Shown piece by piece: positions 29,657 through 40,225 of a DNA stretch of 64,000 nucleotides; the first letter of the stretch is position 1, and every line of letters starts with the position of its first letter. Below the pieces are notes generated by a model. The model worked only from the letters and a program-made list of their open reading frames with translations, did no database searches and had not been told where the DNA came from. This DNA comes from Acidobacteriota bacterium. Lineage in GTDB: Bacteria > Acidobacteriota > CAIWXX01. A program made the position numbers and the translations under genes. The stretch spans positions 1-64,000 of the forward strand of contig JBFMAF010000052.1 in the NCBI GenBank assembly GCA_040755995.1, written 5' to 3'.

Positions 29657-29953
29657 ATGACGTTGGACGATATCGTGCAGGATATTTACGCTCTCGAAGA
29701 CGAGATGCGCTCGTACGAGCGCAAGTTCGGCGTGCTCTCGGAAACCTTCTACCAGTCCTACATGAGAGGGGAAGAGCCCCCGCACGAGGCGTGGTTGCGG
29801 GACTGGACGGCCTGGGCCAGTGCGTACAAGTTGTGGCTGCGCAGGCGGGATCAGTATCAAATCACGATCAACTCGCTCCGCAATTCCACCGAGACGATCG
29901 CTGCCCTGATAGAGAAAACCGCCCAGCATGAACCCATTTCAGTCGCTGAGTGA
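29657..29953 (+). CDS. Putative antitoxin (TumA-like)
   Basis: YERKFGVLSETFYQSY...DWTAW pattern; GAGGT RBS; TGCTATAAT extended -10 at 29603-29611; overlaps the next gene. Confidence 0.6.
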   Translation: MTLDDIVQDIYALEDEMRSYERKFGVLSETFYQSYMRGEEPPHEAWLRDWTAWASAYKLWLRRRDQYQITINSLRNSTETIAALIEKTAQHEPISVAE

Positions 29954-30359
29954 CTACGAACGGTTCATCTATACGCTGCAGCGGCGCTTCCCGCGCATTC
30001 TGCGCTCCACCCTGACGCTGATCCGCCGCGGACGGCTCTTGGCCGAGCTGTCGGGGGAGATCATGTTCGACAACGGGCGCCGTCTCCTGATCTACGAACG
30101 GCTATCCTGGGAGACAGGCCCACTTCAGATCGAGGGCTACAGCCGCGAGGTTTGGCATGGTGGACAGATATCGTATTGGTATGATTCACAGCCCCATCCA
30201 AACGATCCACTGCTGGCGGGGACGGCGCCCCATCACAAACATGTTCCACCTGACATCAAGCACCACCGAGTTCCGGCTCCTGCACTGACCCTGACAGCAC
30301 CAAACCTACCGTTTCTGATCGAGGAGATCGAAGCCGGCGACTCCACGGACATCGAGTAG
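29928..30359 (+). CDS. DUF6516 / TumE-family putative toxin
   Basis: YWYDSQPHP...APHHKH motif; paired with the small upstream gene. Confidence 0.7.
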   Translation: MNPFQSLSDYERFIYTLQRRFPRILRSTLTLIRRGRLLAELSGEIMFDNGRRLLIYERLSWETGPLQIEGYSREVWHGGQISYWYDSQPHPNDPLLAGTAPHHKHVPPDIKHHRVPAPALTLTAPNLPFLIEEIEAGDSTDIE

Positions 30360-30369
30360 CTACCGACAG

Positions 30370-32628
30370 ATGACAGGTGTGAGACTCCGTCTGCGCGTCT
30401 CTATCCGAGGCGCCGTGCAGGGTGTTGGCTTTCGGCCCTTCCTGTACCGGCTCGCCACGAGCATGCAGCTCTCCGGCTGGGTCGTGAACTCCGCCCAGGG
30501 TGTGTGCATCGAAGTGGAGGGGGACGAGGAGCGGCTGAGACGATTTCTGCTGCGCATCGAGGCCGAGAAACCGCCGCGATCGTCCATCTACAGTCTGGAG
30601 TCTTCCTTCCTTGACGCTGTAGGCTACGGGTCATTCGAGGTGCGGCTGAGCCAAGATACCGGTGCGAAGACCGCGACTGTTCTGCCGGACATCGCCACGT
30701 GCCCTGACTGCCTCCGCGAAGTCTTCGACCCGGCCAATCGCCGCTACCGGTATCCGTTCACGAACTGCACGAACTGCGGGCCGCGGTTCACGATCATCGA
30801 GAAGCTTCCGTACGACCGGCACAACACAACGATGAAGGGGTTCGAGATGTGCGCGCGGTGCCGCGCCGAGTATGATGATCCGCTGGACCGGCGTTTCCAC
30901 GCTCAGCCGAACGCGTGCCCCGCCTGCGGGCCGCATCTCGAGCTATGGGATCCGGCAGGCGTCGCTCTGGCCTCGCACGACGCAGCTCTTCGGCGCGCCG
31001 CGGCCGCGGTTAGATCCGGTGCGATCGTGGCTGTGAAGGGGCTCGGCGGCTTCCACCTGATGGCGGACGCGCGTTCCGAGGACTCCGTGCGCGAGCTGCG
31101 CAGGCGGAAGGCGCGGGAGGAGAAGCCGTTCGCGCTGATGCTCCCGTCGCTCGATTCGATCAAGGACGTCTGCGAAGTCTCCGAGCTGGAAGCGCGGCTG
31201 CTGCAGTCACCGGAGTCCCCGATTGTGCTGCTGCGCAGAAGGCCGGGCTCTATTGCGCCGTCAGTGGCTCCGGCAAACCCGTACCTCGGCGTGATGCTCC
31301 CCTACACGCCGCTCCATCATCTGCTCATGGCTGAGATCGGTTTTCCGGTGATCGCCACAAGCGGAAATCGATCGGACGAGCCGATCTGCACGGACGAACG
31401 CGACGCGCTCGAGCGACTCGCCGGGATCGCGGATCTCTTCCTGGTGCACAACCGGCCGATTGCGAGGCACGTCGATGATTCGATCGTGCGGATGATGTTG
31501 GACCGCGAGATGGTGCTGCGGCGGGCACGCGGCTACGCACCGCTCCCCATCCACCTCCAGCGGGCGCCGAGCTGCACGCTCGCCGTCGGGGCTCACCTGA
31601 AGAACACCGTTGCGCTCTCGGTAGACCGCGACGTTTTCGTGAGCCAACATATCGGCGACCTGGAGACCGAGCAGGCGCTCGAAGCCTTTCGACGCGTGAT
31701 CCATGATCTGGAGCAGCTCTACGAGGTGGAGCCCGTCAGGATCGCTTGCGACCTCCATCCCGACTACCTGTCTACTAGGTTCGCCGAGGGACTTCCTTCC
31801 AAGCCCGTTCATGTGCAGCACCATGCGGCGCACGTCATGGCGTGCATGGCTGAGAACGAAATCGAAGGCCCTGTGCTGGGAGTCTCGTGGGATGGAACAG
31901 GGTATGGGCTTGATGCTACGATCTGGGGAGGGGAGTTTTTCAGTGGAGCATCGATTGAGCGGGTGGCACATTTCAGACGTTTCAGACTTCCAGGCGGGGA
32001 AGCGGCAATACGCGAGCCTCGTCGCTCGGCCCTCGGGCTGCTCTACGAACTGGTGGGAGACGCCGTTGTCGACAGACCCGATTTGGCGTCGGCTTTCGGC
32101 GCGAAGGAGCTGGAAGTGCTGTGCACGATGCTGAGGAAAGGGCTCAACTCGCCTGTCACCTCCAGCGCCGGCCGGCTCTTCGACGCCGTGGCAGCCCTCA
32201 CGGGGCTCCGGAAGGTGACGCGTTTCGAGGGGCAGGCGGCGATGGAGCTCGAATTCGCGCTCGACGGAGTCGATATGAATGAGGCATATCCGTTCACGAT
32301 ACAATCAGCCGGCGGCATGCCGATGGTCGTGGACTGGGGCCCTGCGATTACGTCGCTGCTTGACGATGTCGGCTCTGGAGAATCGACCGGTGTGGTCGCC
32401 GCCAGGTTTCACAACACGCTCGTGCGAGTCATCGTGGAAGTCGCCGCGCGAGTGGGTGAGGAGCGAGTCGTGCTGAGCGGCGGCTGCTTCCAGAACAAGT
32501 ACCTGACCGAGCGCGCTGTGAAGCAGCTGCGCAGGTCGGGCTTCCGGCCGTACTGGCACCAGCGAATTCCACCGAATGACGGCGGCATTGCACTCGGGCA
32601 GGTGGTGGCCGCCGCGATCAGCCGCTAG
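30370..32628 (+). CDS. hypF: Carbamoyltransferase for [NiFe]-hydrogenase maturation
   Basis: GAVQGVGFRPF acylphosphatase domain, CPDC/CTNC/CARC/CPAC zinc fingers, KGLGGFHL, QHHAAH, NDGGIALGQ. Confidence 0.97.
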   Translation: MTGVRLRLRVSIRGAVQGVGFRPFLYRLATSMQLSGWVVNSAQGVCIEVEGDEERLRRFLLRIEAEKPPRSSIYSLESSFLDAVGYGSFEVRLSQDTGAKTATVLPDIATCPDCLREVFDPANRRYRYPFTNCTNCGPRFTIIEKLPYDRHNTTMKGFEMCARCRAEYDDPLDRRFHAQPNACPACGPHLELWDPAGVALASHDAALRRAAAAVRSGAIVAVKGLGGFHLMADARSEDSVRELRRRKAREEKPFALMLPSLDSIKDVCEVSELEARLLQSPESPIVLLRRRPGSIAPSVAPANPYLGVMLPYTPLHHLLMAEIGFPVIATSGNRSDEPICTDERDALERLAGIADLFLVHNRPIARHVDDSIVRMMLDREMVLRRARGYAPLPIHLQRAPSCTLAVGAHLKNTVALSVDRDVFVSQHIGDLETEQALEAFRRVIHDLEQLYEVEPVRIACDLHPDYLSTRFAEGLPSKPVHVQHHAAHVMACMAENEIEGPVLGVSWDGTGYGLDATIWGGEFFSGASIERVAHFRRFRLPGGEAAIREPRRSALGLLYELVGDAVVDRPDLASAFGAKELEVLCTMLRKGLNSPVTSSAGRLFDAVAALTGLRKVTRFEGQAAMELEFALDGVDMNEAYPFTIQSAGGMPMVVDWGPAITSLLDDVGSGESTGVVAARFHNTLVRVIVEVAARVGEERVVLSGGCFQNKYLTERAVKQLRRSGFRPYWHQRIPPNDGGIALGQVVAAAISR

Positions 32629-32641
32629 AAGGAGCAATAGG

Positions 32642-32889
32642 ATGTGTTTGGCTATACCTGGCAAGATCGTGAGCATCACCGGCGAAGATCCGCTTCTGCG
32701 GATGGCGAAGGTGAGCTTCGGCGGGACTCTGCGTGACGTCAGCCTCGTCTACGTCCCCGAGGCGAAGATCGACGATTATGTGATCGTGCATGTCGGATTC
32801 GCTCTGAGCATCGTGGATGAGAAGGAGGCGGAGGAGGTGTTCGGCTTCCTGAAGCAGATGGGCGAACTTGCGGAGGCCGAGGAGACTCC

Positions 32890-32893
<4 letters not shown>
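32642..32893 (+). CDS. hypC: Hydrogenase assembly chaperone
   Basis: MCLAIPG start, [18 protein letters not shown]. Confidence 0.97.
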
Positions 32894-34005
<1,112 letters not shown>

Positions 34006-35085
34006 ATGAGCAAAGACGATCCGATCGATCCGGGATTCTGCTGCCCGATTCCGTTGTCGGATTACCCGCAGATCCTGCTCGCGCATGGCGGCGGCGGGAA
34101 GCTCATGCACGATCTCATTGAAAAGCTCTTCGTAAAGACTTTCGAGAACCCCTTGCTCGCCAAACGGCACGACGGAGCCGTGCTGGACCTGGCCGGAAGC
34201 GGAGCGAGTGAGCTCCCGCGGCTCGCCTTCACCACCGACTCCTACGTCGTTCGGCCGCTCTTCTTCCCGGGCGGTGACATCGGGTCACTCGCCGTGAACG
34301 GCACCGTAAACGACCTCGCGATGTGCGGCGCACGTCCCCTGTATCTCAGCGCTGGGTTTATCCTTGAGGAGGGTTTGCCGACGGAGACCCTGTGGCGAAT
34401 CGTACAGTCCATGCGCCGGGCGGCAGATGAAGCCGGCGTGCAGCTCGTCACCGGAGACACCAAGGTCGTGGACCGCGGCAAGGGCGACGGCGTCTTTATC
34501 AACACTGCCGGAATCGGCATCATCGAGCACTCGCTGTCGATCGGCCCGTCCAGCGTCCGAGACGGTGACATCATTCTCCTCAACGGCGACATCGGCCGGC
34601 ACGGCATCGCGATTATGGCTGTGCGCGAGGGCATATCGCTGGAGACCACGATCGAGAGCGACTGCGCGCCGCTATCCGGCATCGTCGCCGCCCTCCTCGA
34701 TTCCGGCATCGAAGTCTCCTGCATGCGCGACCTGACCCGAGGCGGACTGGCGAGCGCGCTCGTAGAAATCGCCGAGTCCGCGCGAGTCAACATTCGCATC
34801 GACGAGACGGCCATCCCGGTGCGCGAGGACGTCCACGGGGCATGCGAGATACTCGGCTTCGACCCGCTCTACGTCGCCAACGAGGGCCGATTCGTGTGCT
34901 TCGTCGCAGCGGCTCAGGTGGACCACGCGTTGAGCATCATGCGCTCCCATACCTTGGGCGAGGGCGCCTCAGTGATCGGATGCGTGGCCGCCGGCTCGCC
35001 GGGCCTGGTCGCCATGAAGAGCCGCATCGGCGCGATGAGAGTTGTCGATATGATCAGCGGCGAACAGCTGCCGCGGATTTGCTGA
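34006..35085 (+). CDS. hypE: Hydrogenase maturation carbamoyl dehydratase
   Basis: [29 protein letters not shown]-terminal LPRIC. Confidence 0.97.
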   Translation: MSKDDPIDPGFCCPIPLSDYPQILLAHGGGGKLMHDLIEKLFVKTFENPLLAKRHDGAVLDLAGSGASELPRLAFTTDSYVVRPLFFPGGDIGSLAVNGTVNDLAMCGARPLYLSAGFILEEGLPTETLWRIVQSMRRAADEAGVQLVTGDTKVVDRGKGDGVFINTAGIGIIEHSLSIGPSSVRDGDIILLNGDIGRHGIAIMAVREGISLETTIESDCAPLSGIVAALLDSGIEVSCMRDLTRGGLASALVEIAESARVNIRIDETAIPVREDVHGACEILGFDPLYVANEGRFVCFVAAAQVDHALSIMRSHTLGEGASVIGCVAAGSPGLVAMKSRIGAMRVVDMISGEQLPRIC

Positions 35086-35100
35086 AGGTCGGACCCGGGG

Positions 35101-35260
35101 ACAGCGAGACGCGGAGACGCTGGGACAGGGAGAAACGGAGAAACGGAGAAACGGGAACACGGAGAACCGGAGAATTGGGGAGACGGCGAAACGGAGAAGC
35201 GGAGAGACGGAGAAGGGGAGAGCCGGAGACGGGGAGAGATGCAGAGGAACGGAGACAGGG
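35101..35260 (+). repeat. Degenerate purine-rich tandem repeat of about 8-bp period (GGAGAAAC/GGAGACGG-like)
   Basis: gggagaaacggagaaacggagaaacgggaacacggagaaccggagaattggggagacggcgaaacggagaagc... Confidence 0.85.
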
Positions 35261-36564
35261 ATCGCGGGTCGGTGCTTGCCATCGGGTTCAGCACGACGGT
35301 CTGCATGTGGACGGTGGGATACCTGGGCCGCCTGCCGTTCGTCGAGGCTCCGGCCTGGCTGCTTTTCGTCCTGATGCTGGCATGTCTGGCAGCAGGCGGG
35401 ATCGTGGCGGGAAGATATGCGACGTGGCGCGCGGGGCTCTGGGCGGGCACGCTGAGCGCCGCGCTGAATCTGCTCATACTGGGATCGCTGCTTGGCGGCG
35501 GCCGCCCGAACCAGCTCAGCCAATCAGCAGCATGGTGGATCGGCGGGTCGATTCTGCTGGGGACGGCTCTCGGTGGTCTTGGTGGAGCCATCGGACGATC
35601 GTGGCCCGCGACGAAGCCGTCGCCGTCTAACTGGACAGCGACCCTCGCATTCGTGGCCTGCTTTGCGGCCTTGCTGCTGATCATCGCAGGCGGCCTCGTG
35701 ACGAGCAACCGCGCGGGATTGGCGGTGGTCGACTGGCCCAATTCGTTCGGGTACAACATGTTTCTCTATCCGCTGGCGCGAATGACAGGCGGCATCTACT
35801 ACGAGCATGCGCACCGGCTGCTGGGCACGCTGGTCGGCCTGAGCACACTCGTCTTGGTCATTCATCTGCACATCGTCGACTCGCGCAGGTGGCTCCGGCG
35901 ATTCGCACTGGCCGCCCTGGCGCTGGTGATCTGCCAGGGCATACTGGGAGGGTTGCGCGTGACCGGGCGGTTCACTCTCAGCACTTCGCCCGCCGAGACG
36001 GCTCCGAGTATCGCCCTTGCCGCCGTCCACGGTGTGGTGGGCCAGGTGTTCTTCGGGATGCTGGTGGCACTCGGCGTCTTCTGCACGCGGGCGTGGCGGG
36101 AGCCGCGGGCGGTGCCGGCCAGGACAACGGCGCGCGCCGAGACCGCTCTGGGCGCAGTGCTTGTCGTCACGCTCGTGGCACAGCTGGCTCTGGGCGCGAT
36201 TCAACGACACATCGAGCGTGGGCTGCTGATGCACATCACACTGGGTGTTGTCGTTGTTCTTCTGGCCGTTGCGTGCGGCGTTCGAGCCTGGGGATACTAC
36301 ACCGAACAGCCGATCATTCGGCGGACGGGAATCGCGCTGCTTGTTCTGACCGCGCTCCAGGTCCTCCTCGGCTTCGGCGCGCTGATCGCTGTCGGATCAA
36401 CCTCCGGGATCGAACAGCCTCCACCACTCCGCGTCTCTGTCACCACGGCGCACCAGGTCACGGGGGCCTGTCTACTGGCGTGCGCGATCATGCTGACGCT
36501 CTGGTGCAACCGCCTGCTCGCAACGCCGCCCGCGTCGCACAGGTTGTCGACCCGGCCCCGTTAG
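35239..36564 (+). CDS. COX15/CtaA-family (heme A synthase-like) membrane protein with an N-terminal membrane extension
   Basis: GGLVTSNRAGLAVVDWP, EHAHRLLG, and three further TM His residues; start uncertain because it falls inside the repeat. Confidence 0.8.
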   Translation: MQRNGDRDRGSVLAIGFSTTVCMWTVGYLGRLPFVEAPAWLLFVLMLACLAAGGIVAGRYATWRAGLWAGTLSAALNLLILGSLLGGGRPNQLSQSAAWWIGGSILLGTALGGLGGAIGRSWPATKPSPSNWTATLAFVACFAALLLIIAGGLVTSNRAGLAVVDWPNSFGYNMFLYPLARMTGGIYYEHAHRLLGTLVGLSTLVLVIHLHIVDSRRWLRRFALAALALVICQGILGGLRVTGRFTLSTSPAETAPSIALAAVHGVVGQVFFGMLVALGVFCTRAWREPRAVPARTTARAETALGAVLVVTLVAQLALGAIQRHIERGLLMHITLGVVVVLLAVACGVRAWGYYTEQPIIRRTGIALLVLTALQVLLGFGALIAVGSTSGIEQPPPLRVSVTTAHQVTGACLLACAIMLTLWCNRLLATPPASHRLSTRPR

Positions 36565-36648
36565 CCATACAGTGTTCCGTGGAAGTCGAGACCAGCAGAT
36601 GTGGACCTGGAGAGACAATCGCAAGTGTGAAGATCGTGGGGGAGAACG

Positions 36649-38226
36649 ATGACGAGGATCCTTATCGGTCTTGGAGTTCTGGTCACCATCTGTGCGATGG
36701 CCACGGCGGCCGCCTTGCCCACCCTCCCAATGGCAGTTGCCCACCTGACTGGGGTGTGGGAAGGGGCATGGAGCAACGACTACCGCGGCGTGATCACAAT
36801 TACTCCGGCGAACGCCCAATTCGTGCACCTTGAGCTGGTGTGGCAGGGCCTCCCGGAGAAGCGCACGCGCAGCCACCGCCTGCACGCGGTCGCGCGTGTT
36901 GTGACTGGCCCCCAGCTGCGGCTCGAGACTAGCGTGAACGGAATGTCGATTCGCTTCGTACAGACCGAGGCCAGCGGCCAGCTCGAAGGCACGATGGTGC
37001 GCGAGGGCCGGACTTCGACCATCACGCTGCGCAGGCGGCCGGGTGCCGCAACGGAACAGCAAGCGTCGGTGCCCCCCGAGATACGCTGCTCGTCGCTCGA
37101 CGCCTTTCTGACCCGGATCACAGCCGCCTCAGATGCCGCTGCACGCAAGGCCGCGGTCGATGAGCTGGTCGCTACCGCCAAAGCTCGCATGACGCCGCTC
37201 ATCGACTCGATCCCGCGGTCGGGTTTCGGATGCGCCACGTTCCTGTATCAGGGCGAAGCCGTGGAGGTCGCGCTGGCCGGGGACTTCAACGGCTGGAGCA
37301 CGGCCTCGGATTATCTCACCCGCGTGCCGGGCACGGACCTGTTCTATCTGTGTCGAGAGTTCGAGCTCGATGCCCGGCTCGACTACAAACTGCTGCCGGA
37401 CGGCCAATGGGCGCTCGATCCCCTGAACCCGCGCACCATGTTAGGAGGCTACGGTCCGAATTCGCAGTTCTGGATGCCTGGCTACGTCGCACCGGTCGAG
37501 GTAGAGGCGCACCCTGAGATCCCGCACGGGACCCTTGATCGGTTCGCGCTGCACGCGAAGAGGCCGGAGCAGAGCCGCACACTGACTGTGTACCTGCCTT
37601 CCGACTACGCGGAAACCAAAGAGGCGCTTCCGGTGCTGTACGTGCACGACGGCGAGGACTACCTGAACTTCGCCGAAATCCAGAACATCATGGACCTTCT
37701 GATCCATGAGCGCCGTATTCCGCCCGTCATCGTGGTCATGGTGCCGCCGAAGAAACGACACGAGGAGTACGCGATGAACCTCCAGTTCGAGGAGTTCCTC
37801 ATCAAGGAGGTCGTGCCGGCGATCGACGGGAGGTACCGGAGCCGGCGCGACCCTGCGTTTCGCGCAGTGGCAGGGATCTCGATGGGCGGCAACGAGGCAC
37901 TGTCACTCGCGCTGCGGCATCCAGATGTGTTCGGGCGGTGCGCGGCGCAGTCCAGCGGCGGGCCGGACGGCGACTTCTTTGACTTGCTTGACCTGATCCA
38001 GAAAGGGCCAAAGCCGGCGACGCGGTTCTACCTCGACGTAGGCATCTACGAATCGAACCAGGACGGCTCTGACCTGCTGGATTACACCCGGCAGATTCAC
38101 GCCGCGATGCTCGCGAAGGACTACGAGCTCAAGTATCGCGAGGTGCACGAAGGCCACAGCTGGGGGAATTGGCGGGCGCGCATCGGCGATGCGCTCGTAT
38201 ACTTCTGGGGGGAGTGGGGAGAATAG
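36649..38226 (+). CDS. Secreted esterase (Fes/enterochelin esterase-like) with a CBM48/E-set-like domain
   Basis: Signal peptide; VALAGDFNGW, LDPLNP, VYLPSDY, PVLYVHDG, GISMGG, GHSWGNW. Confidence 0.87.
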   Translation: MTRILIGLGVLVTICAMATAAALPTLPMAVAHLTGVWEGAWSNDYRGVITITPANAQFVHLELVWQGLPEKRTRSHRLHAVARVVTGPQLRLETSVNGMSIRFVQTEASGQLEGTMVREGRTSTITLRRRPGAATEQQASVPPEIRCSSLDAFLTRITAASDAAARKAAVDELVATAKARMTPLIDSIPRSGFGCATFLYQGEAVEVALAGDFNGWSTASDYLTRVPGTDLFYLCREFELDARLDYKLLPDGQWALDPLNPRTMLGGYGPNSQFWMPGYVAPVEVEAHPEIPHGTLDRFALHAKRPEQSRTLTVYLPSDYAETKEALPVLYVHDGEDYLNFAEIQNIMDLLIHERRIPPVIVVMVPPKKRHEEYAMNLQFEEFLIKEVVPAIDGRYRSRRDPAFRAVAGISMGGNEALSLALRHPDVFGRCAAQSSGGPDGDFFDLLDLIQKGPKPATRFYLDVGIYESNQDGSDLLDYTRQIHAAMLAKDYELKYREVHEGHSWGNWRARIGDALVYFWGEWGE

Positions 38227-38663
38227 ACATCCGCACGCGGCTTGAAAACCGGGACCCAGTCTGCATGCTCCGCGCAGAACGCCGCCGCCTCCTGCGCGTC
38301 GAAGAGGAATACGGTGACGTCTACAACCGCTACGAGGGCCGGCAGATCGTGGAAAAGGATCTCCGGCGTCGCCGCGGGATTTCGGACCTGGCAGGCTGCT
38401 GGTCTCGCTCGAGCAGGAAGCCACCCTGCGCGCCGTGCTGGTGATCGAGCCGACGATGCTATTCGGCCTGTACCAGTACCGCGACTACCGCGCCCTGGGG
38501 GGTGTTTCTCACGGTGAGCGGGAGGCCGCGTGACTCGTTTGAGACTGGGCCTCTCTTTAGAGTACGATACGTATGATCGTTCGCGGGGCGGCAGGTTGGT
38601 TGAGGGCGCAGTGTCTCCGGCCGGCATTCATTCCGGAACGAGCAAAACACGAGGAGGTTCGAG

Positions 38664-39686
38664 ATGAAGAGGGGTCTCACAGGCATTGGTTGTTTCCTCT
38701 TGATCGCGTCTGTGGTCGCCGGGCACGCGGCCGAGCAGTACTATGTCCCATTGATACGGGAGCAGGCCGACAACACGATTGACCTTTACTGGATGAAATT
38801 GAACCAGGAAGGCAAGCTGGTCAAGGGGCCGCGACTCATCCGGGACAGCTCCGGCGAGATATGGTCCGCAGCCATCGTTCCACAAGGGAACAAGATGCTC
38901 TTCGAAGAGCGGGCGCTGTTCGGCACCAGCAGCCAGGTCTACTCGGTGGATGTGAACCCGAGCTCGGGGAAGGTGACCAGTGGGCCCGTGGCGCTGATGA
39001 CAGGATCCGCCTACAACTACTACGGCCTCAGCATCTCGCAGGATGGTCGCAAGTTCATTTTCTCTCGCGCGGCCGCCTTCGCGCGCTTCGCGACCTGGGA
39101 TATCTTCCTGCGCAAGTTCAAGAAGAACGGCTCGCTGACCCCTAACACCATCCCCATCGCCACCTCGGCGGGCTCCGAGAGCTTCCCGTTCATCACTGAG
39201 AATGCGAGGCGGGCCTACTATAACAGGGTCTACCCACTCGAGACGGGCGGCCCCACCAGCGCTATCTTCATGCAAGCCCTGAATGCAAACGGGACCGCGA
39301 GCGGCGCGCCGGTGCTTGCGATGAGGATCGAGAATCAGAACCTGTACCTGCCTATGCTCAACAGCGCGGGCTCCTGGATGTCTTACTACAACTCGACCGA
39401 CGATAACCTATATGTCACCCGGATGTCCGGTGCCGGTCTGGCGACTGGGACTCCGGTGAAGGTCACGAGTGTGGGGGCAGGTCAGAGCGCGCTGGGCGGT
39501 ATTACTCGCAATGCCCAGATCCTCCTGTACACTCTGGTTGGCGTAGGAGCTCGCATGGACGGGATAGGCCAAACCTACACGGTCTACTCGCAGAAGCTCG
39601 ACTCGAACGGCAATCCCGATGGCGCGCCGACGCAGATCGTGGCAGCATGGCCGTATTGGCAGGAGCCGTGGATCTTGGCTGACTGA
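38664..39686 (+). CDS. Secreted TolB-like beta-propeller protein
   Basis: GAGGAGG RBS, signal peptide, repeated units such as SISQDGRKFIFS and IF.Q.L..NG...G.P. Confidence 0.7.
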   Translation: MKRGLTGIGCFLLIASVVAGHAAEQYYVPLIREQADNTIDLYWMKLNQEGKLVKGPRLIRDSSGEIWSAAIVPQGNKMLFEERALFGTSSQVYSVDVNPSSGKVTSGPVALMTGSAYNYYGLSISQDGRKFIFSRAAAFARFATWDIFLRKFKKNGSLTPNTIPIATSAGSESFPFITENARRAYYNRVYPLETGGPTSAIFMQALNANGTASGAPVLAMRIENQNLYLPMLNSAGSWMSYYNSTDDNLYVTRMSGAGLATGTPVKVTSVGAGQSALGGITRNAQILLYTLVGVGARMDGIGQTYTVYSQKLDSNGNPDGAPTQIVAAWPYWQEPWILAD

Positions 39687-39729
39687 GTGCCTGAACTCGG
39701 AACCCTGGGTGACCTGGTCGTGGAGGTGT

Positions 39730-39828
39730 GAGGTGCACGAGGGCCATAGCTGGGGGAACTGGCGGGCGCGCATCGGTGATGCGCTCGTATCCTTCTGGGG
39801 GGAGTGTGGAAAGTAGCTACCCGCACGC
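39730..39828 (+). repeat. Diverged direct copy of the esterase 3' end (38140-38238)
   Basis: 8 mismatches in the 87 coding bp up to the stop; reads EVHEGHSWGNWRARIGDALVSFWGECGK*. Confidence 0.92.
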
Positions 39829-40225
39829 ACCTCCAAAGCGGTTCTCCTGTCCGCAGGCTTTGTGGTTCTGTGCGCCTCTGCGAAACTATGCGGATACAGC
39901 GGACAAGATTGGGAGCTGCAGTCGACCTCGGTCAGGACCCGGCAACCGCGAGTATGATGTAGGCCTCTTGAACAGGAGATAGAGCACGCGATCGTTATCA
40001 TGAAGCGATGATACAAGATATTGTATATTGGTCAAGCTGGGGCTGGGGGACGCGACGCGAGTTACACCGTCACTTGAATCCAGATCGCAGGGTACCGGCG
40101 TCAGACTGCACGACCAACAGTTCCTCGTTCGAGTGCGGGGCTGCCGCCCAGATGGTACTCTTGCGTGCTTGCCTGCCGGGCGGAAGCTTGACCGCCGGGC
40201 CGCAAAGCGAGAGACTCTAGGCATC

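Noticed and set aside
38140..39828. Diversity-generating retroelement (VR/TR pair at the esterase 3' end)
   Set aside because: Mismatches are not adenine-specific in either copy, half are synonymous third-position changes, and there is no reverse transcriptase in the window.
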